A stretch of 64,000 nt of DNA from Dehalococcoidia bacterium (lineage in GTDB: Bacteria; Chloroflexota; Dehalococcoidia; UBA2979): NCBI GenBank assembly GCA_023228825.1, contig JALOAL010000003.1, forward strand, positions 198,958-262,957, read 5' to 3'. Both the position numbers and the translations under genes were made by a program. Position 1 is the first letter of the stretch; every line of letters begins with the position of its first letter. This document shows positions 26,848-36,964 of the stretch, one piece after another. The notes beneath the pieces were generated by a model that saw only the letters and a program-made list of their open reading frames with translations, searched no databases and had not been told where the DNA came from.

Positions 26848-28148
26848 CTCTGCAATTCGTCGGCCCGGACATCCCCTCCGCAGAGGACCTGGCCAACTGC
26901 ATCCACTGCGGCTTCTGCCTGCCCTCTTGCCCCACGTACGTGGCCACGGGGCAGGAACTGGAGTCCCCGCGCGGGCGCCTGCACCTGATCTCCGGCATCC
27001 GCGAGGGCCGCATCGCCGCCACGCCTCGAGCGCTGGAGCACCTGGACTTGTGCCTGCAATGTCGCGCCTGCGAGACCGCCTGCCCGTCCGCCGTGCCCTA
27101 CGGGCGCATCATGGAGGACGCGCGCGCCTCGATCATGGCGAACCCGGCCGCCGCCCAGCCGCGGGGCTGGTCGCTGCGGGCCTTCGCACTGCGTCACGTG
27201 CTGGCCCATCCCGCCCGGCTCCGCCTGGCGCTGGCGGCGGGCCGGCTCTACTCGCGCTCCGGCGCACAGTCGCTCGTCCGAGGCCACCTCGGCCGCCTGC
27301 TGCCCGCACGCCTGCGCCGGCTGGAGTCCGCTACGCCCGCCCTTACGGACGCCCCCTTCCGCTCCACGGGCGTGCTGGCCTCCCCCGCGCAGCGGCGCGA
27401 ACGCGTGGGCATGCTGCTGGGCTGCATCCACGGCGAGTTGTACCCGCGCATGCACGAGGCCACGGTGACCGCCCTGGCCCACGTGGATGCGGAAGTCGTG
27501 GCGCCGCCGGAGCAGGTCTGCTGCGGCGCCCTCCACACCCACGCTGGCGACGCCGAGACCGCGCGCGCCCTGGCCCGACGCAACATCGCCGCGTTCGAGG
27601 CCGCCGAGGTGGACGCGGTGATCGTGAACGCGGCCGGGTGTGGGGCGGCCATGAAGGAGTACGGCCGCCTCCTGCGCCACGACCCCAACTGGCGGGGACG
27701 GGCCGAACGGTTCGCGTCGAAGGTGCGGGACGCGCTGGAGTACGTCGCCGGACAGGACTTCGGGCATGACCTGGGCGCCGTGGACCGCACCGTGACGCTG
27801 CAGGACGCGTGCCACCTGGCCCACGCCCAGCGCATCCGCGAGGCGCCTCGGGCCATCCTGGGGGCGATCCCCGGCGTCGCCTTCACGGAGATGCGTCACC
27901 CGGACCGCTGCTGCGGCTCCGCCGGCATCTACTCCGTGGTGCAGGCGGAGATGTCCGCCCAGGTGCTGGAGACCAAGATGGACGCGATCGCAGCCACCGG
28001 CGCCGGCACCGTCTGCACCGCCAACCCCGGCTGTACGCTCCAGATCGAGTCCGGCGCCCGACGCCACGAGGTCGCCGCTGACGTCCGCCACGTCATCGAG
28101 GTGCTGGCGGAGTCAATCGCGGCGGGGCGAGCGCCCGTCGGGGACTGA
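26844..28148 (+). CDS. glcF: glycolate oxidase iron-sulfur subunit GlcF
   Basis: Two 4Fe-4S motifs CIHCGFCLPSCP and CLQCRACETACP, then CCG domains. ATGA overlap with the glcE stop. Confidence 0.8.
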   Translation: MTLQFVGPDIPSAEDLANCIHCGFCLPSCPTYVATGQELESPRGRLHLISGIREGRIAATPRALEHLDLCLQCRACETACPSAVPYGRIMEDARASIMANPAAAQPRGWSLRAFALRHVLAHPARLRLALAAGRLYSRSGAQSLVRGHLGRLLPARLRRLESATPALTDAPFRSTGVLASPAQRRERVGMLLGCIHGELYPRMHEATVTALAHVDAEVVAPPEQVCCGALHTHAGDAETARALARRNIAAFEAAEVDAVIVNAAGCGAAMKEYGRLLRHDPNWRGRAERFASKVRDALEYVAGQDFGHDLGAVDRTVTLQDACHLAHAQRIREAPRAILGAIPGVAFTEMRHPDRCCGSAGIYSVVQAEMSAQVLETKMDAIAATGAGTVCTANPGCTLQIESGARRHEVAADVRHVIEVLAESIAAGRAPVGD

Positions 28149-28184
28149 GGACGCGCGCACCAGGGACGGTGCCGGGACGCCGGG

Positions 28185-28961
28185 CTAGAGTGCGTCCGCG
28201 TAGACGCGCATGCCGTAGTCGTTGTACTCGAAGTCCGGTGACAGCGAGGAGCGCGCGGCGATGCGGGTCACCTTCACCTGGTGACGCCAGGATCCGCCGC
28301 GCGAGGCGCGTCGCGTGCCCTCCGCCGGACCGCGCGGGTCGACCAGCACGGCGCCCGGGCCGGCGGGCGGCTCGTAGGGCGCGTACCAGTCGCTGCACCA
28401 CTCGTGGACGTTGTCCGCCATGTGGTACAGGCCAAAGGCGTTGGGCTCCGAGGCGCCGATGGGGTGGGGACGGTCGCCGCCCTTCGAGCCCAGCGCGTGG
28501 ACGCCGTCCGTCCAGGGCTCGTCGCCCCAGGGGTACAGGACGTCCGGCACGTCGCCGCGGGCGGCGTACTCGCGCTCGGCCTCCGTGGGGAGGCGACACG
28601 GCCGGCCGACGACCTCGCTCAGCCACTCGCAGTACGCGACCGCGGCGGACCAGGACACGCCGACCACCGGGCAATCCGGCGACGCGAAGTGCTCGTCCGC
28701 CCAGTAGCGAGACGGCTCGAAGTCCGTCTCCTCCAGGAATCGCGCAAACTCGGCGTTGGTGACGGGCGCAAGCGCGGCAGCGAAGGGGCCCACGCGCACG
28801 CGGCGCAGGGGCATCTCGTCCGCGCGCTGCCCGGAGCCCATCACGAACTCACCGCCGGGCAACTCCACGAAGGGCGTCGCCTCTGGCCCCTCGCGGAGCA
28901 GGCGCTCGATGCGTTCGTCTCGCTCGTCCAGGCGCCCCTCGGCCCTCGCAGTCCCGGTCAT
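28185..28961 (-). CDS. formylglycine-generating-enzyme (FGE/SUMF1) family domain protein
   Basis: FGE-sulfatase domain motifs (GGEFVMGS; VGVSWSAAVAYCEWLS...RLPTEAEREYAARG; GLYHMADNVHEWCSDWY; RGGSW). Confidence 0.8.
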   Translation of the reverse strand: MTGTARAEGRLDERDERIERLLREGPEATPFVELPGGEFVMGSGQRADEMPLRRVRVGPFAAALAPVTNAEFARFLEETDFEPSRYWADEHFASPDCPVVGVSWSAAVAYCEWLSEVVGRPCRLPTEAEREYAARGDVPDVLYPWGDEPWTDGVHALGSKGGDRPHPIGASEPNAFGLYHMADNVHEWCSDWYAPYEPPAGPGAVLVDPRGPAEGTRRASRGGSWRHQVKVTRIAARSSLSPDFEYNDYGMRVYADAL

Positions 28962-28970
28962 GCGCCCATC

Positions 28971-30647
28971 CTACCGGAGGTTCGCGCCCGGCGCGGCGAC
29001 GGAGGGCGTGGCCGGCCCCTCCCACTGCGAGGCGAGGATGCCGGCGTTGAAGTCGAACGCGTCAAACTCGTAGCCGCGGACGCCCTCCGCCAGTGAGGCG
29101 TACTCGCTGGGCGCCGTCAGCGGGAACATGGCCGGGATGCTGTCCAGCAGCAGGCGCTGGGCCTCCCTCGCGCGGCGCGTGCGCAGCACCGGGTCCACCT
29201 GCGAGAGGGCGTCGCGGACGGCGGCGTCGTAGATGGGATCGGAGTAGCCCCAGGGCGAGCGCGTGCCGTCCAGCCCACCGCTGGTGTGCAGGCGCAGGCC
29301 AATGTCCGGCGTGTTGAGCCGGTCCAGTTCAAAGAACGCCGCCTCGAAGTCGCCGGCCAGGAACGCCGCCTGGAACTCCGGCTGCGGGCGCGTGACCAGG
29401 CGGGGCTGGAAGCCGGCCGCGCCCAACTGGTCCACCACGGTCTGGGCCATGCTCAGCAGCATGGGCGTGTCCGCATGCGCGATGCGGATCGGCAGGTCCT
29501 CGTACCCCGCGGCCCGCAGCAACTCCCGCGCGCCCTGCTGGTTGTGCTGGTAGAGCGGATGCGACTGCAACTCCACGCGCGGCAGGGCGTCCCCGCCAAA
29601 CGCGGGGCCCACCGGCCCGCACAGGAGGCCGCCGTCCAGCACCGTCAGCGCCTCGCGGTCTAGCGCCAGCGAGAGCGCCCGGCGCACGCGGGCGTCGCGG
29701 AAGGCGCGCACGGCCTCCTCCGAAGCCTGGTCCCGAGGCGGCAACTGCGACAGCGCCAGCCCGCGCATACGCTGGTGCGCGCGGGTGGCCTCCACCCGTC
29801 CGGGTACGGCACGCGCCGCCTGCCGGCCCGCCTCCCCCAGGTGGTGGTAGACGTGCACCACCCCGTCCGCGAAGCCCACGTCGAGGTCGCCCGGGCGCTC
29901 GGCCCGATGCACCGTGAGGCCGCTGAGGCGAGGCCGGACGTCCTTGTCCTCCAGCAGCGGGTTGGGGCGCATGACCAGCGTGCCGCCGTCCACGCGTTGC
30001 GGCATGAACGCGCCGCTCCCCATGGGCGCCGCCACCGCGCCGTACGATCCCTCCCCGCGGATCGAGGCGTCTTCGCGGGCCAGGAACTCGAACAGGAGAC
30101 TGAACGGGGCGCGCAGGCGCAGCACCAACTCCGTCTCGCTGGGCGCCTCGATCTCCTCGATGACGTCGCTGAAGACGAAGACGGCCTCCGAGGCGCGGCG
30201 ACGGAAGTCGGCGGCGATCACGCCGGCGGTCAGCGGAAGCGCGGTGCCACTGCTATCCGGGTGGAAGTATGCCCCCGCCCGCAGCCCAATGCGCACGGTC
30301 AGCGGCTCCGGCAGTTCGACCTCGCGCGCCAGGTCCCCGTAGACCGAGGCCGTGCGCGGGTCCACGCCCACGAGCCGCGAGTAGACGGCCAGGCGCGAGG
30401 TGGGGTCCAGACCGTCCGCGCCCACCTGCGACGCCAGGACGCCCAGGTGCAGGGCGCCGGCCGTGGTGGGGCGCTCGGTACGGGGCAGCGGCGAGCGTAC
30501 GCGCAGGCGGCTGCCGGGCACGGCCTCCGGGCCGCCGTCCGCGCCGCCTTCGTCTGAGGTGCAGCCGACCAGCGCGGCGCCGGCGATCCCCACCCCCAGC
30601 ATCCCCGCGCGCGCGAGGAACTGCCGGCGCGTGTGGCGTGCGGTCAT
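28971..30647 (-). CDS. ABC transporter substrate-binding protein (family 5, peptide/nickel type) with Tat signal
   Basis: RRQFLARAGMLGVGIAGAALVGC Tat plus lipobox-like signal. SBP_bac_5-like length (about 558 aa). No cognate permease or ATPase genes adjacent. Confidence 0.8.
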   Translation of the reverse strand: MTARHTRRQFLARAGMLGVGIAGAALVGCTSDEGGADGGPEAVPGSRLRVRSPLPRTERPTTAGALHLGVLASQVGADGLDPTSRLAVYSRLVGVDPRTASVYGDLAREVELPEPLTVRIGLRAGAYFHPDSSGTALPLTAGVIAADFRRRASEAVFVFSDVIEEIEAPSETELVLRLRAPFSLLFEFLAREDASIRGEGSYGAVAAPMGSGAFMPQRVDGGTLVMRPNPLLEDKDVRPRLSGLTVHRAERPGDLDVGFADGVVHVYHHLGEAGRQAARAVPGRVEATRAHQRMRGLALSQLPPRDQASEEAVRAFRDARVRRALSLALDREALTVLDGGLLCGPVGPAFGGDALPRVELQSHPLYQHNQQGARELLRAAGYEDLPIRIAHADTPMLLSMAQTVVDQLGAAGFQPRLVTRPQPEFQAAFLAGDFEAAFFELDRLNTPDIGLRLHTSGGLDGTRSPWGYSDPIYDAAVRDALSQVDPVLRTRRAREAQRLLLDSIPAMFPLTAPSEYASLAEGVRGYEFDAFDFNAGILASQWEGPATPSVAAPGANLR

Positions 30648-30745
30648 ACGGCAGCAGTCCTTGCGGACACAGCGGACCACGTCCCGGCCGTCCGGCCGGC
30701 CACGTCCCTGCCGCTCATCGCTTGCCCCCGGTCCCGGATCTCATG

Positions 30746-30812
30746 GCCTGTCGTTGGAAGGCCTGTTGTGGGTGGCCAGTCGTTGGCCAGTCGTTGGCTG
30801 GCCAGTCGCTGG
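30746..30812. repeat. degenerate 12-13 bp tandem repeat (about 5 copies) GGCC(A/T)GTCGTTGG in the SBP 5' region
   Basis: Directly visible: ggcctgtcgttgg / ggcctgttgtggg / tggccagtcgttgg / ccagtcgttgg / ctggccagtcgctgg, 100-165 bp upstream of the SBP start. Confidence 0.5.
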
Positions 30813-30979
30813 CACGCCCGCGCCGGCCGCGGCCACCTGCAATCCCGGCCTCAATCGTAGTCAGGCCCGATCATGGGCGGCAATGCGGGTGGAGGACGGT
30901 GGAGAGGCCGGGAGGCACAGGAGTGATAGCCGGGGCCCGCGCTGGAGCCCCAAGCGCGCAGCCCGGCTAGGATCAGTGC

Positions 30980-31702
30980 ATGGCCGATCAGCCCAACGAC
31001 ACTCCCAACGACACTGGCGCACCATCCCCTTCGCCGCACTCGCCGCCCTCGAGGCGCGCGCAGCGGGCGAGCGGCGACGGGCGACGTGACGGCGACGTCC
31101 TGGCGGGCCCGGCCGACTCGACCAGGCCGAGCAACCCATGGCCGCGCCTCATCGCCTTCGGTCTGTCTGTGGTCACCGTCGTGTTCCTGGCCGGCCTCTG
31201 CCTGGCCTCCTTCGCGTCCGCACCGGACCGGGAGATCCGCGTGCGCGACACGGAGTACCAGGTGGCGCTGCCGAAGTTCCTGGCGGTCACGTCCTTCGGC
31301 GCGGACGAGGACGGGCGCACGTTCGGCGCGTTCCTGGTGGTGCCGGGCGACCTCCCTGCCGGCGGGCGTGCGTTCTTCTCGCGGGCGCCCGGGACCGGCT
31401 GCAACCTGCGCTGGGACGGTGGCGCGCGTGAGGCCGCGCAGGAGGACGTGGTGGGCCTCTTCCTGGATCCGTGCTCGGACGCACGCTATGGGCAGGACGG
31501 CCGCGTGGTGGCCGGCACGCCCCCCTCCGCGCTCCACGAGTTCGAGACTCGCCGCGAGGCCAACAGTTATGTCGTGAGTTTCGACGAACTCACGCTGGGA
31601 GCGTGCCACGCCGACACCGCCGCGGGTTGCTCCCCGCGCGGCGAGCCGCGCACGCGCACCGTCCCCGCTGGCGCCCTACCAGACGACTTCGGCAGGCGGT
31701 AG
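30980..31702 (+). CDS. hypothetical membrane-anchored/secreted protein
   Basis: Low-complexity N-terminus, TM helix (LIAFGLSVVTVVFLAGLCLASFA), then a Cys-containing globular region. Start is uncertain. Confidence 0.4.
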   Translation: MADQPNDTPNDTGAPSPSPHSPPSRRAQRASGDGRRDGDVLAGPADSTRPSNPWPRLIAFGLSVVTVVFLAGLCLASFASAPDREIRVRDTEYQVALPKFLAVTSFGADEDGRTFGAFLVVPGDLPAGGRAFFSRAPGTGCNLRWDGGAREAAQEDVVGLFLDPCSDARYGQDGRVVAGTPPSALHEFETRREANSYVVSFDELTLGACHADTAAGCSPRGEPRTRTVPAGALPDDFGRR

Positions 31703-31743
31703 CCCTCCGCCCTCCCGGCAGGGCAACGCCCCATCGGCACGAC

Positions 31744-31769
31744 GACGCCCCCTCGTGGGAGGGGGCGTC
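31744..31769. terminator. bidirectional stem-loop between convergent genes (hypothetical gene / suf operon end)
   Basis: Perfect 11-bp inverted repeat GACGCCCCCTC-gtgg-GAGGGGGCGTC. Confidence 0.5.
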
Positions 31770-31804
31770 GCTTCGGTCAGTACAGGCGGGTGAGCGGGGC
31801 CAGC

Positions 31805-31846
31805 GCCCCTGCCAGAGGCCCTGCCAGAGGCCCCTACCAGAGGCCT
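31805..31846. repeat. 12-13 bp x3 tandem repeat overlapping the sufT stop codon
   Basis: On the coding strand: ggcctctggTAG g ggcctctggcag ggcctctggcag. The first unit carries the TAG stop, so the final residues GLW are repeat-encoded. Confidence 0.55.
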
Positions 31847-32166
31847 AGGGCCATCTTCACCTCGTCAGAAGCCATGGTGCGCGGATCCCAGGGCGGGCTC
31901 CACACCAGGTTGACCTCCACGTCCTCCACGCCATCCACCTGGTTCAACTTGTGGAAGACCAGGCCCTGCAGCATGGGGCCGATGGGACATGCCGGCGAGG
32001 TGAGCGTCATGTCCACCGTCACCTGCCCGTCCTCGTCGATCTCCACGCCGTATACCAGGCCCAGTTCCACAATGCTCATGTGCAACTCAGGGTCGTCGAC
32101 GTCCCGCAGGAGGTCCTTCAGTTCTTCGCCCGTAGGCAGGGTCTTTGCGGCGGTCTCGTCAGTCAT
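31834..32166 (-). CDS. sufT: Fe-S cluster assembly protein SufT-like (DUF59/MIP18 family)
   Basis: DUF59 pattern DVDDPELHMSIVELGLVYGV...LTSPACP. Confidence 0.7.
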   Translation of the reverse strand: MTDETAAKTLPTGEELKDLLRDVDDPELHMSIVELGLVYGVEIDEDGQVTVDMTLTSPACPIGPMLQGLVFHKLNQVDGVEDVEVNLVWSPPWDPRTMASDEVKMALGLW

Positions 32167-32638
32167 TGGACTCAGTCCTCTCATCCGTCGTCACTGGTTC
32201 CGCGCGGCCATCCAGGGCCTGTTCCAGGGTCTTCCATGCCAGCGAGGCGCACTTCACGCGCGCCGCGAACTTCGCCACACCTCGGAGCGCGTCGATGTCG
32301 TCGAAGCCCTCCAGATCCTGAGGCTCGCCGGTGGTCATCATCTGCTGGAAGGCCCGTGCGCCGTCTCCCGCCTCCTGGACGGTGCGCCCCTTCACGTACT
32401 CCGTCATCATGCTGGCCGAAGCCTGCGAGATGGAGCACCCCTGCCCCCCAAAGGCAATGTCCTGCACGCGCCCGTCCGCCAGCAGGATGGACACCGTCAC
32501 GGTGTCCCCGCACAGCGGGTTCGCCCCCTCCGCGGAGCAGGTGGGCGCCTCCATCTCCTGGTGGTTCCGAGGCGTGCGGTAGTGATCCAGGATGATCTCC
32601 CGGTACAGGTCGTCCAGCAGGCTCGGTTCATTGGTCAT
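32159..32638 (-). CDS. sufU: SUF-type Fe-S scaffold SufU (NifU-like)
   Basis: LDHYRTPRN...CGDTVTV...GQGCSISQASASMM...KCASLAWKTL with the conserved Cys triad. Confidence 0.85.
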   Translation of the reverse strand: MTNEPSLLDDLYREIILDHYRTPRNHQEMEAPTCSAEGANPLCGDTVTVSILLADGRVQDIAFGGQGCSISQASASMMTEYVKGRTVQEAGDGARAFQQMMTTGEPQDLEGFDDIDALRGVAKFAARVKCASLAWKTLEQALDGRAEPVTTDERTESND

Positions 32639-33906
32639 GCGCGGACCCCAAAGAAGCGGGACACCTCCTCGAGGGCGACCGCCAGGCGGTCGACTTCCTC
32701 GGTGGTGTTGTAGATGTAGAAGGAGGCGCGGGCCGTGGCGGGCACGGAGAGCGCGGCCATGACGGGCTGTGCGCAGTGGTGGCCGGTACGGATGGCCACG
32801 GCGTGCGTGTCCAGCACCTGGCCGACATCGTGCGGGTGCACGCCCTCCAGTTCAAAGGAGATCACGCCGCCTCGGTCCTGCGCCTGCGGCGGGCCGAAGA
32901 TGGAGACGCCGGGCACATCGCCCAGGCGACGCAGGGCGTAGTCCGTGATCTCCACCTCGTGCGCGCGGACGGCGTCCATGCCCAGCGCCTCCAGGTAGTC
33001 CACGGCGGCGCCCAGCGCCACGGCGCCGGCCACGTTGGGGGTGCCCGCCTCGAACTTCGCGGGGACGTCCGCCCAGGTGGACTGCGCCATGGTGACGGTG
33101 AGGATCATGTCGCCGCCGCCCAGGAACGGGTCCATCGCCTCCAGCAACTCCATGCGCGCCCACAGTCCGCCGATACCCGTGGGGCCCAGCATCTTGTGGC
33201 CGGTGAAGGCCATGAAGTCGCAGCCCAGCGCCTGCACGTCTACCGGCATGTGGGGCACGCTCTGCGCGCCGTCCACCAGCACCAGCGCGCCCTGCGCCCT
33301 GGCCATGGGGATCAACTCGTCCAGGCGGGTGATGGTGCCCAGCGCGTTGGAGACGGCCGTGACCGCCAGCAACTTCGTCCGAGGGCCAATCACCTGGCGG
33401 GCGTAGTCCAGGTCCAGGGTGCCGTCCGGCAACATGGGGATGTACTTCAGGACAACACCGCGCTCGTCGCGCAGCATCTGCCACGGGACGATGTTGGAGT
33501 GGTGTTCCACCTCCGTGATCACCACCTCGTCGCCCTCCTGGAGGAACTTGCGTCCCCAGGAATGGGCCACCAGGTTGATGCCCTCCGTGGTGTTGCGCGT
33601 GAATATCACTTCCTCCGCGCGCGGAGCGTTGATGAACCGGGCGATGCGCTGGCGTGCCTGTTCGTACAGGTCGGTCGCCTCAATGGAGAGCGTGTGCACG
33701 CCGCGGTGGATGTTGGCGTTGTGGTCCCGGTAGAACCGGGTCATCTCCGCAATCATCTGCACCGGCCGCTGGCTGGTGGCGGCGTTGTCCAGGTAGACCA
33801 GCGTCTTGCCGGGGTGGATCTCCCGCTTCAGGATGGGGAAGTCCCGGCGGATGCGATCCAGGTCGAACGGTAGCCTCTGCTGGACGTCCATGTCGGTCTG
33901 CGTCAT
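32635..33906 (-). CDS. sufS: cysteine desulfurase SufS
   Basis: PLP-dependent class V: LDNAATSQRP, HRGVHTLS, FTGHKMLGPTGIGGL (PLP Lys), RTGHHCAQP (catalytic Cys). Confidence 0.9.
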   Translation of the reverse strand: MTQTDMDVQQRLPFDLDRIRRDFPILKREIHPGKTLVYLDNAATSQRPVQMIAEMTRFYRDHNANIHRGVHTLSIEATDLYEQARQRIARFINAPRAEEVIFTRNTTEGINLVAHSWGRKFLQEGDEVVITEVEHHSNIVPWQMLRDERGVVLKYIPMLPDGTLDLDYARQVIGPRTKLLAVTAVSNALGTITRLDELIPMARAQGALVLVDGAQSVPHMPVDVQALGCDFMAFTGHKMLGPTGIGGLWARMELLEAMDPFLGGGDMILTVTMAQSTWADVPAKFEAGTPNVAGAVALGAAVDYLEALGMDAVRAHEVEITDYALRRLGDVPGVSIFGPPQAQDRGGVISFELEGVHPHDVGQVLDTHAVAIRTGHHCAQPVMAALSVPATARASFYIYNTTEEVDRLAVALEEVSRFFGVRA

Positions 33907-34277
33907 TGCGGCACCACCCCGGAGTCGCACTCCACCAGCACGTCGTCGCCGTCCACGATCACGCGGTAGCCGGCCACGCTGCGCACGGCGGGCAGGCTCA
34001 GCACCTTGCCCGTCTTCGCGTCGAACGCCGCCCCGTGTCGAGGGCAGATGATGCGTCCGTTCTTGATGGAGCCTTCGCCCAGCGGGCCGTTGTCGTGCGT
34101 GCAGCGGTTGTCGATGGCGTAGTACTCACCGTCGATGTGGCTCAGCGCGAGCGACTTCCCGGCACACTCCACCACCCGCACCTGCCCCTCGGGCACGTCA
34201 GAGGTCCTGGCGACACGTTCCTGGCTCACGCTGCGTCCATCCGTTGCAGTCTGGGTTGTGCGCCGCCTCGGAGCCAC
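33903..34277 (-). CDS. Rieske [2Fe-2S] domain protein embedded in the suf operon
   Basis: CTHDNGPL...CPRHGAAFD Rieske CxH...CxxH motifs. ATGA overlap with sufS. Confidence 0.75.
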   Translation of the reverse strand: MAPRRRTTQTATDGRSVSQERVARTSDVPEGQVRVVECAGKSLALSHIDGEYYAIDNRCTHDNGPLGEGSIKNGRIICPRHGAAFDAKTGKVLSLPAVRSVAGYRVIVDGDDVLVECDSGVVPQ

Positions 34278-34313
34278 CGGGGCGCTCCGAGGCGGCGAGT
34301 GGGGTGGCGCGGC

Positions 34314-35552
34314 TTACAGCCGCGCCACCTCCAACTTGCGTTCTACGGAGGCGGTGACTTCCTCCAGCAAGGCTTCATCCGCGATGTCGTCCAGGACAGA
34401 GCGGAAGAAGCCGGAGACCAGCAACTTCAGCGACTGCCGGCGGTCCAGGCCGCGGCTCTGGAGGTAGAACAACGCTTCCTCGTCCACCGGGCCGACCGTG
34501 GCGCCGTGGCCACAGCGGATCACCTCGTTGGTGAGGATCTCCAGCACGGGGTCAGAGTCCGCCTTGGCGTCGCCGGACAGCAGCAGGTTGCGGTTTTCCT
34601 GCTCTGCGGCTGCGCCCGCGGCCGTCTCCTCTACCCGCGTCACGCCGTAGTAGATGGAGCGCGAGCCACCCGCAAGGGCGGCCTTGATCTGCACGTCCGA
34701 CAGCGTCTTGCGGCCGATGTGGTTCTGTAGCGTGACAAAGTCGAAGTGCTGATCCTTGTCGCCCAGGGCCACGCCGCGGAAGCGTCCCGTGGAGCCTTCG
34801 CCCTCCAGGATGCCCTCCAGCGTGTGCTTCACCAGCGCACCGCCGATGGCCAGGGTGGCCACCTGCACGTTGGCGCCTCGGTCCGTACGGGCGCGCAGGG
34901 ACAGGAAGTCGCGCGTGGCGGCCCCCCAGCCCACGTCAAACACCACCCGCACGTTCGAGTCCGCCCCGGCCACGATCTCCACCACGCCGGAGGCGAGGAC
35001 GTCCGCGTCTCCAGAGGAGCAGCGCACCAGCACCGTCACGTCGCTGGCGGCCTCCGCCACGATCAGCATGCGCGGGAACACCGCGCCGGCCTGCGCGGTC
35101 ACGCCCACCGTCACGGGCGCCTCGAAGGCCTTGCCCCGGGCCGCGTGGACGAACACGCCGCCCGTCCACTGCGAGGCGTTGGCGGCAATGAATTTGCCCT
35201 CCGTGGCCGGGATGAGCGCACCCAGGTGCTGCTCCACCACGGCGGCCAGGCGTTCGTCCTGCAGCGCGTCCGCCAGGCTGCCGGCGTACCCGCCTGCGGG
35301 CACGCCGCCCTCAGGCACCGCCACCACCGGGAGGAACGAGGCCTCCGGTGGGTGGGCGGCGATCGAGAGCCCGCTCACGTCCGTGTACTTCCACGGGCGT
35401 GAGCGCTGCGTGGGCATCGGCAGCGCTTCGAAGGCGCGGGCCGCCTCCTGGCGCTTCTCCGCGAGCCAGCCCGGCTCGCCTCGGGCCTCGGAAGCCGCGC
35501 GCACGGCGTCCGCCGCGTACGCGCCAAGGGGTTGCGTCTGGGTCTCGGCCAT
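34314..35552 (-). CDS. sufD: Fe-S cluster assembly protein SufD
   Basis: SufB/SufD beta-helix family signature. Lies between sufB and sufS. Confidence 0.8.
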   Translation of the reverse strand: MAETQTQPLGAYAADAVRAASEARGEPGWLAEKRQEAARAFEALPMPTQRSRPWKYTDVSGLSIAAHPPEASFLPVVAVPEGGVPAGGYAGSLADALQDERLAAVVEQHLGALIPATEGKFIAANASQWTGGVFVHAARGKAFEAPVTVGVTAQAGAVFPRMLIVAEAASDVTVLVRCSSGDADVLASGVVEIVAGADSNVRVVFDVGWGAATRDFLSLRARTDRGANVQVATLAIGGALVKHTLEGILEGEGSTGRFRGVALGDKDQHFDFVTLQNHIGRKTLSDVQIKAALAGGSRSIYYGVTRVEETAAGAAAEQENRNLLLSGDAKADSDPVLEILTNEVIRCGHGATVGPVDEEALFYLQSRGLDRRQSLKLLVSGFFRSVLDDIADEALLEEVTASVERKLEVARL

Positions 35553-36964
35553 TAGCCCACCGACCCTTCCATCTGCAGTTCGATCAGGCGGTTGAGTTCG
35601 ATCGCGTACTCCATGGGGAGTTCCTTCACGATCGGCTCCACGAAGCCGTTGACCACCATCTTGGCGGCGGACTCCTCGTCAATGCCGCGGGACATCAGGT
35701 AGAACAACTGGTCCTCGCCCAACTTGGAGACGGACGCCTCGTGCCCGATCTTCACCTTCTCCTCGTCGATCTCCATCGTCGGGTAGGTGTCGGAGCGAGA
35801 CTTTTCGTCCAGGAGCAGGGCGTCACAGCGCACCGTGGAGGAGGAGTTCTCCGCGCCCTCGTAGACCTTGAGCAGGCCTCGGTAGGAGGTGCGCCCGTTC
35901 CCGCGGGAGACGGACTTGGAGACGATGGCGCTGGTGGTGTTGGGCGCCACGTGGACGATCTTGCCGCCCGCGTCCTGGTGCTGGCCCTCGCCAGCGAACG
36001 CCAGCGAGAGGATCTCGCCGTGGGCGCGCTCGCCCATCAGGTAGACGGAGGGGTACTTCATGGTGAGCAGGGAGCCCAGGTTGCCGTCCACCCACTCCAT
36101 GACCGCGCCCTCGTAGGCGTAGGCACGCTTGGTCACCAGGTTGTAGACGTTGTTGGACCAGTTCTGGATGGTGGTGTAGCGGACGCGCGCGTCCTTCTTC
36201 ACCACGATCTCCACCACCGCCGAGTGCAGCGATGCGCTGGAGTAGATCGGCGCGGTACAGCCCTCTACGTAGTGAACGTAGGAGCCTTCGTCCGCGATGA
36301 TCAGGGTGCGCTCGAACTGGCCCATGTTCTCCGTGTTGATGCGGAAGTAGGCCTGCAGCGGGATGTCCACCTTCACCCCGGGCGGGACGTAGATGAACGA
36401 GCCACCGGACCACACCGCGGAGTTCAGCGCCGCGTAGCGGTTGTCCCCGGACGGCACGATGGTGCCGAAGTACTCCCGGATGAGTTCCGGGTGCTCCTGC
36501 AGCGCCTGGTCCATGCCCAGGAAGATCACGCCCTGCTTGGACAGGTCTTCCCGGATGTTGTGGTAGACGACCTCAGAGTCGTACTGGGCGCCGGCGCCGG
36601 CCAGGTAGTGCTTCTCCGCCTCCGGGATGCCCAACTTGTCAAAGGTGTCCTTGATGTACTCCGGCACGTCGTCCCAGTCAGAGGCGTTCTGATCGGAGGC
36701 GCGCACGTAGTAGTGGATGCTGTCGAAGTCCAGGGCGTCCAGCAGTTCCGGCGAGCCGGCCCACTGCGGGTCCTTCAGCGTCAGGAACTGCCGGTAGGCG
36801 TCCAGCCGCTGCTCCAGCATCCACTCTGGCTCTTCCTTCATGGCGGACATCTGGCGGATCAGGTCCTCGTCCAGGCCCTTGTCCGCCATGAACAGGGGCT
36901 TTTCCTTGTCGTGGAAGCCCCACTGGTACTCGCCAACCAGGTTCTCAGGCTTGGTAGTGGTCAT
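35552..36964 (-). CDS. sufB: Fe-S cluster assembly protein SufB
   Basis: Highly conserved SufB sequence ([13 protein letters not shown]...; [20 protein letters not shown]). Confidence 0.9.
   Translation of the reverse strand: MTTTKPENLVGEYQWGFHDKEKPLFMADKGLDEDLIRQMSAMKEEPEWMLEQRLDAYRQFLTLKDPQWAGSPELLDALDFDSIHYYVRASDQNASDWDDVPEYIKDTFDKLGIPEAEKHYLAGAGAQYDSEVVYHNIREDLSKQGVIFLGMDQALQEHPELIREYFGTIVPSGDNRYAALNSAVWSGGSFIYVPPGVKVDIPLQAYFRINTENMGQFERTLIIADEGSYVHYVEGCTAPIYSSASLHSAVVEIVVKKDARVRYTTIQNWSNNVYNLVTKRAYAYEGAVMEWVDGNLGSLLTMKYPSVYLMGERAHGEILSLAFAGEGQHQDAGGKIVHVAPNTTSAIVSKSVSRGNGRTSYRGLLKVYEGAENSSSTVRCDALLLDEKSRSDTYPTMEIDEEKVKIGHEASVSKLGEDQLFYLMSRGIDEESAAKMVVNGFVEPIVKELPMEYAIELNRLIELQMEGSVG

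Noticed and set aside
30851-31609. 252-aa minus-strand ORF upstream of the SBP gene
   Set aside because: Overlaps the better-supported plus-strand membrane-protein ORF (30980..31702) and has junk-like composition. The region is more likely the SBP promoter plus the plus-strand gene.
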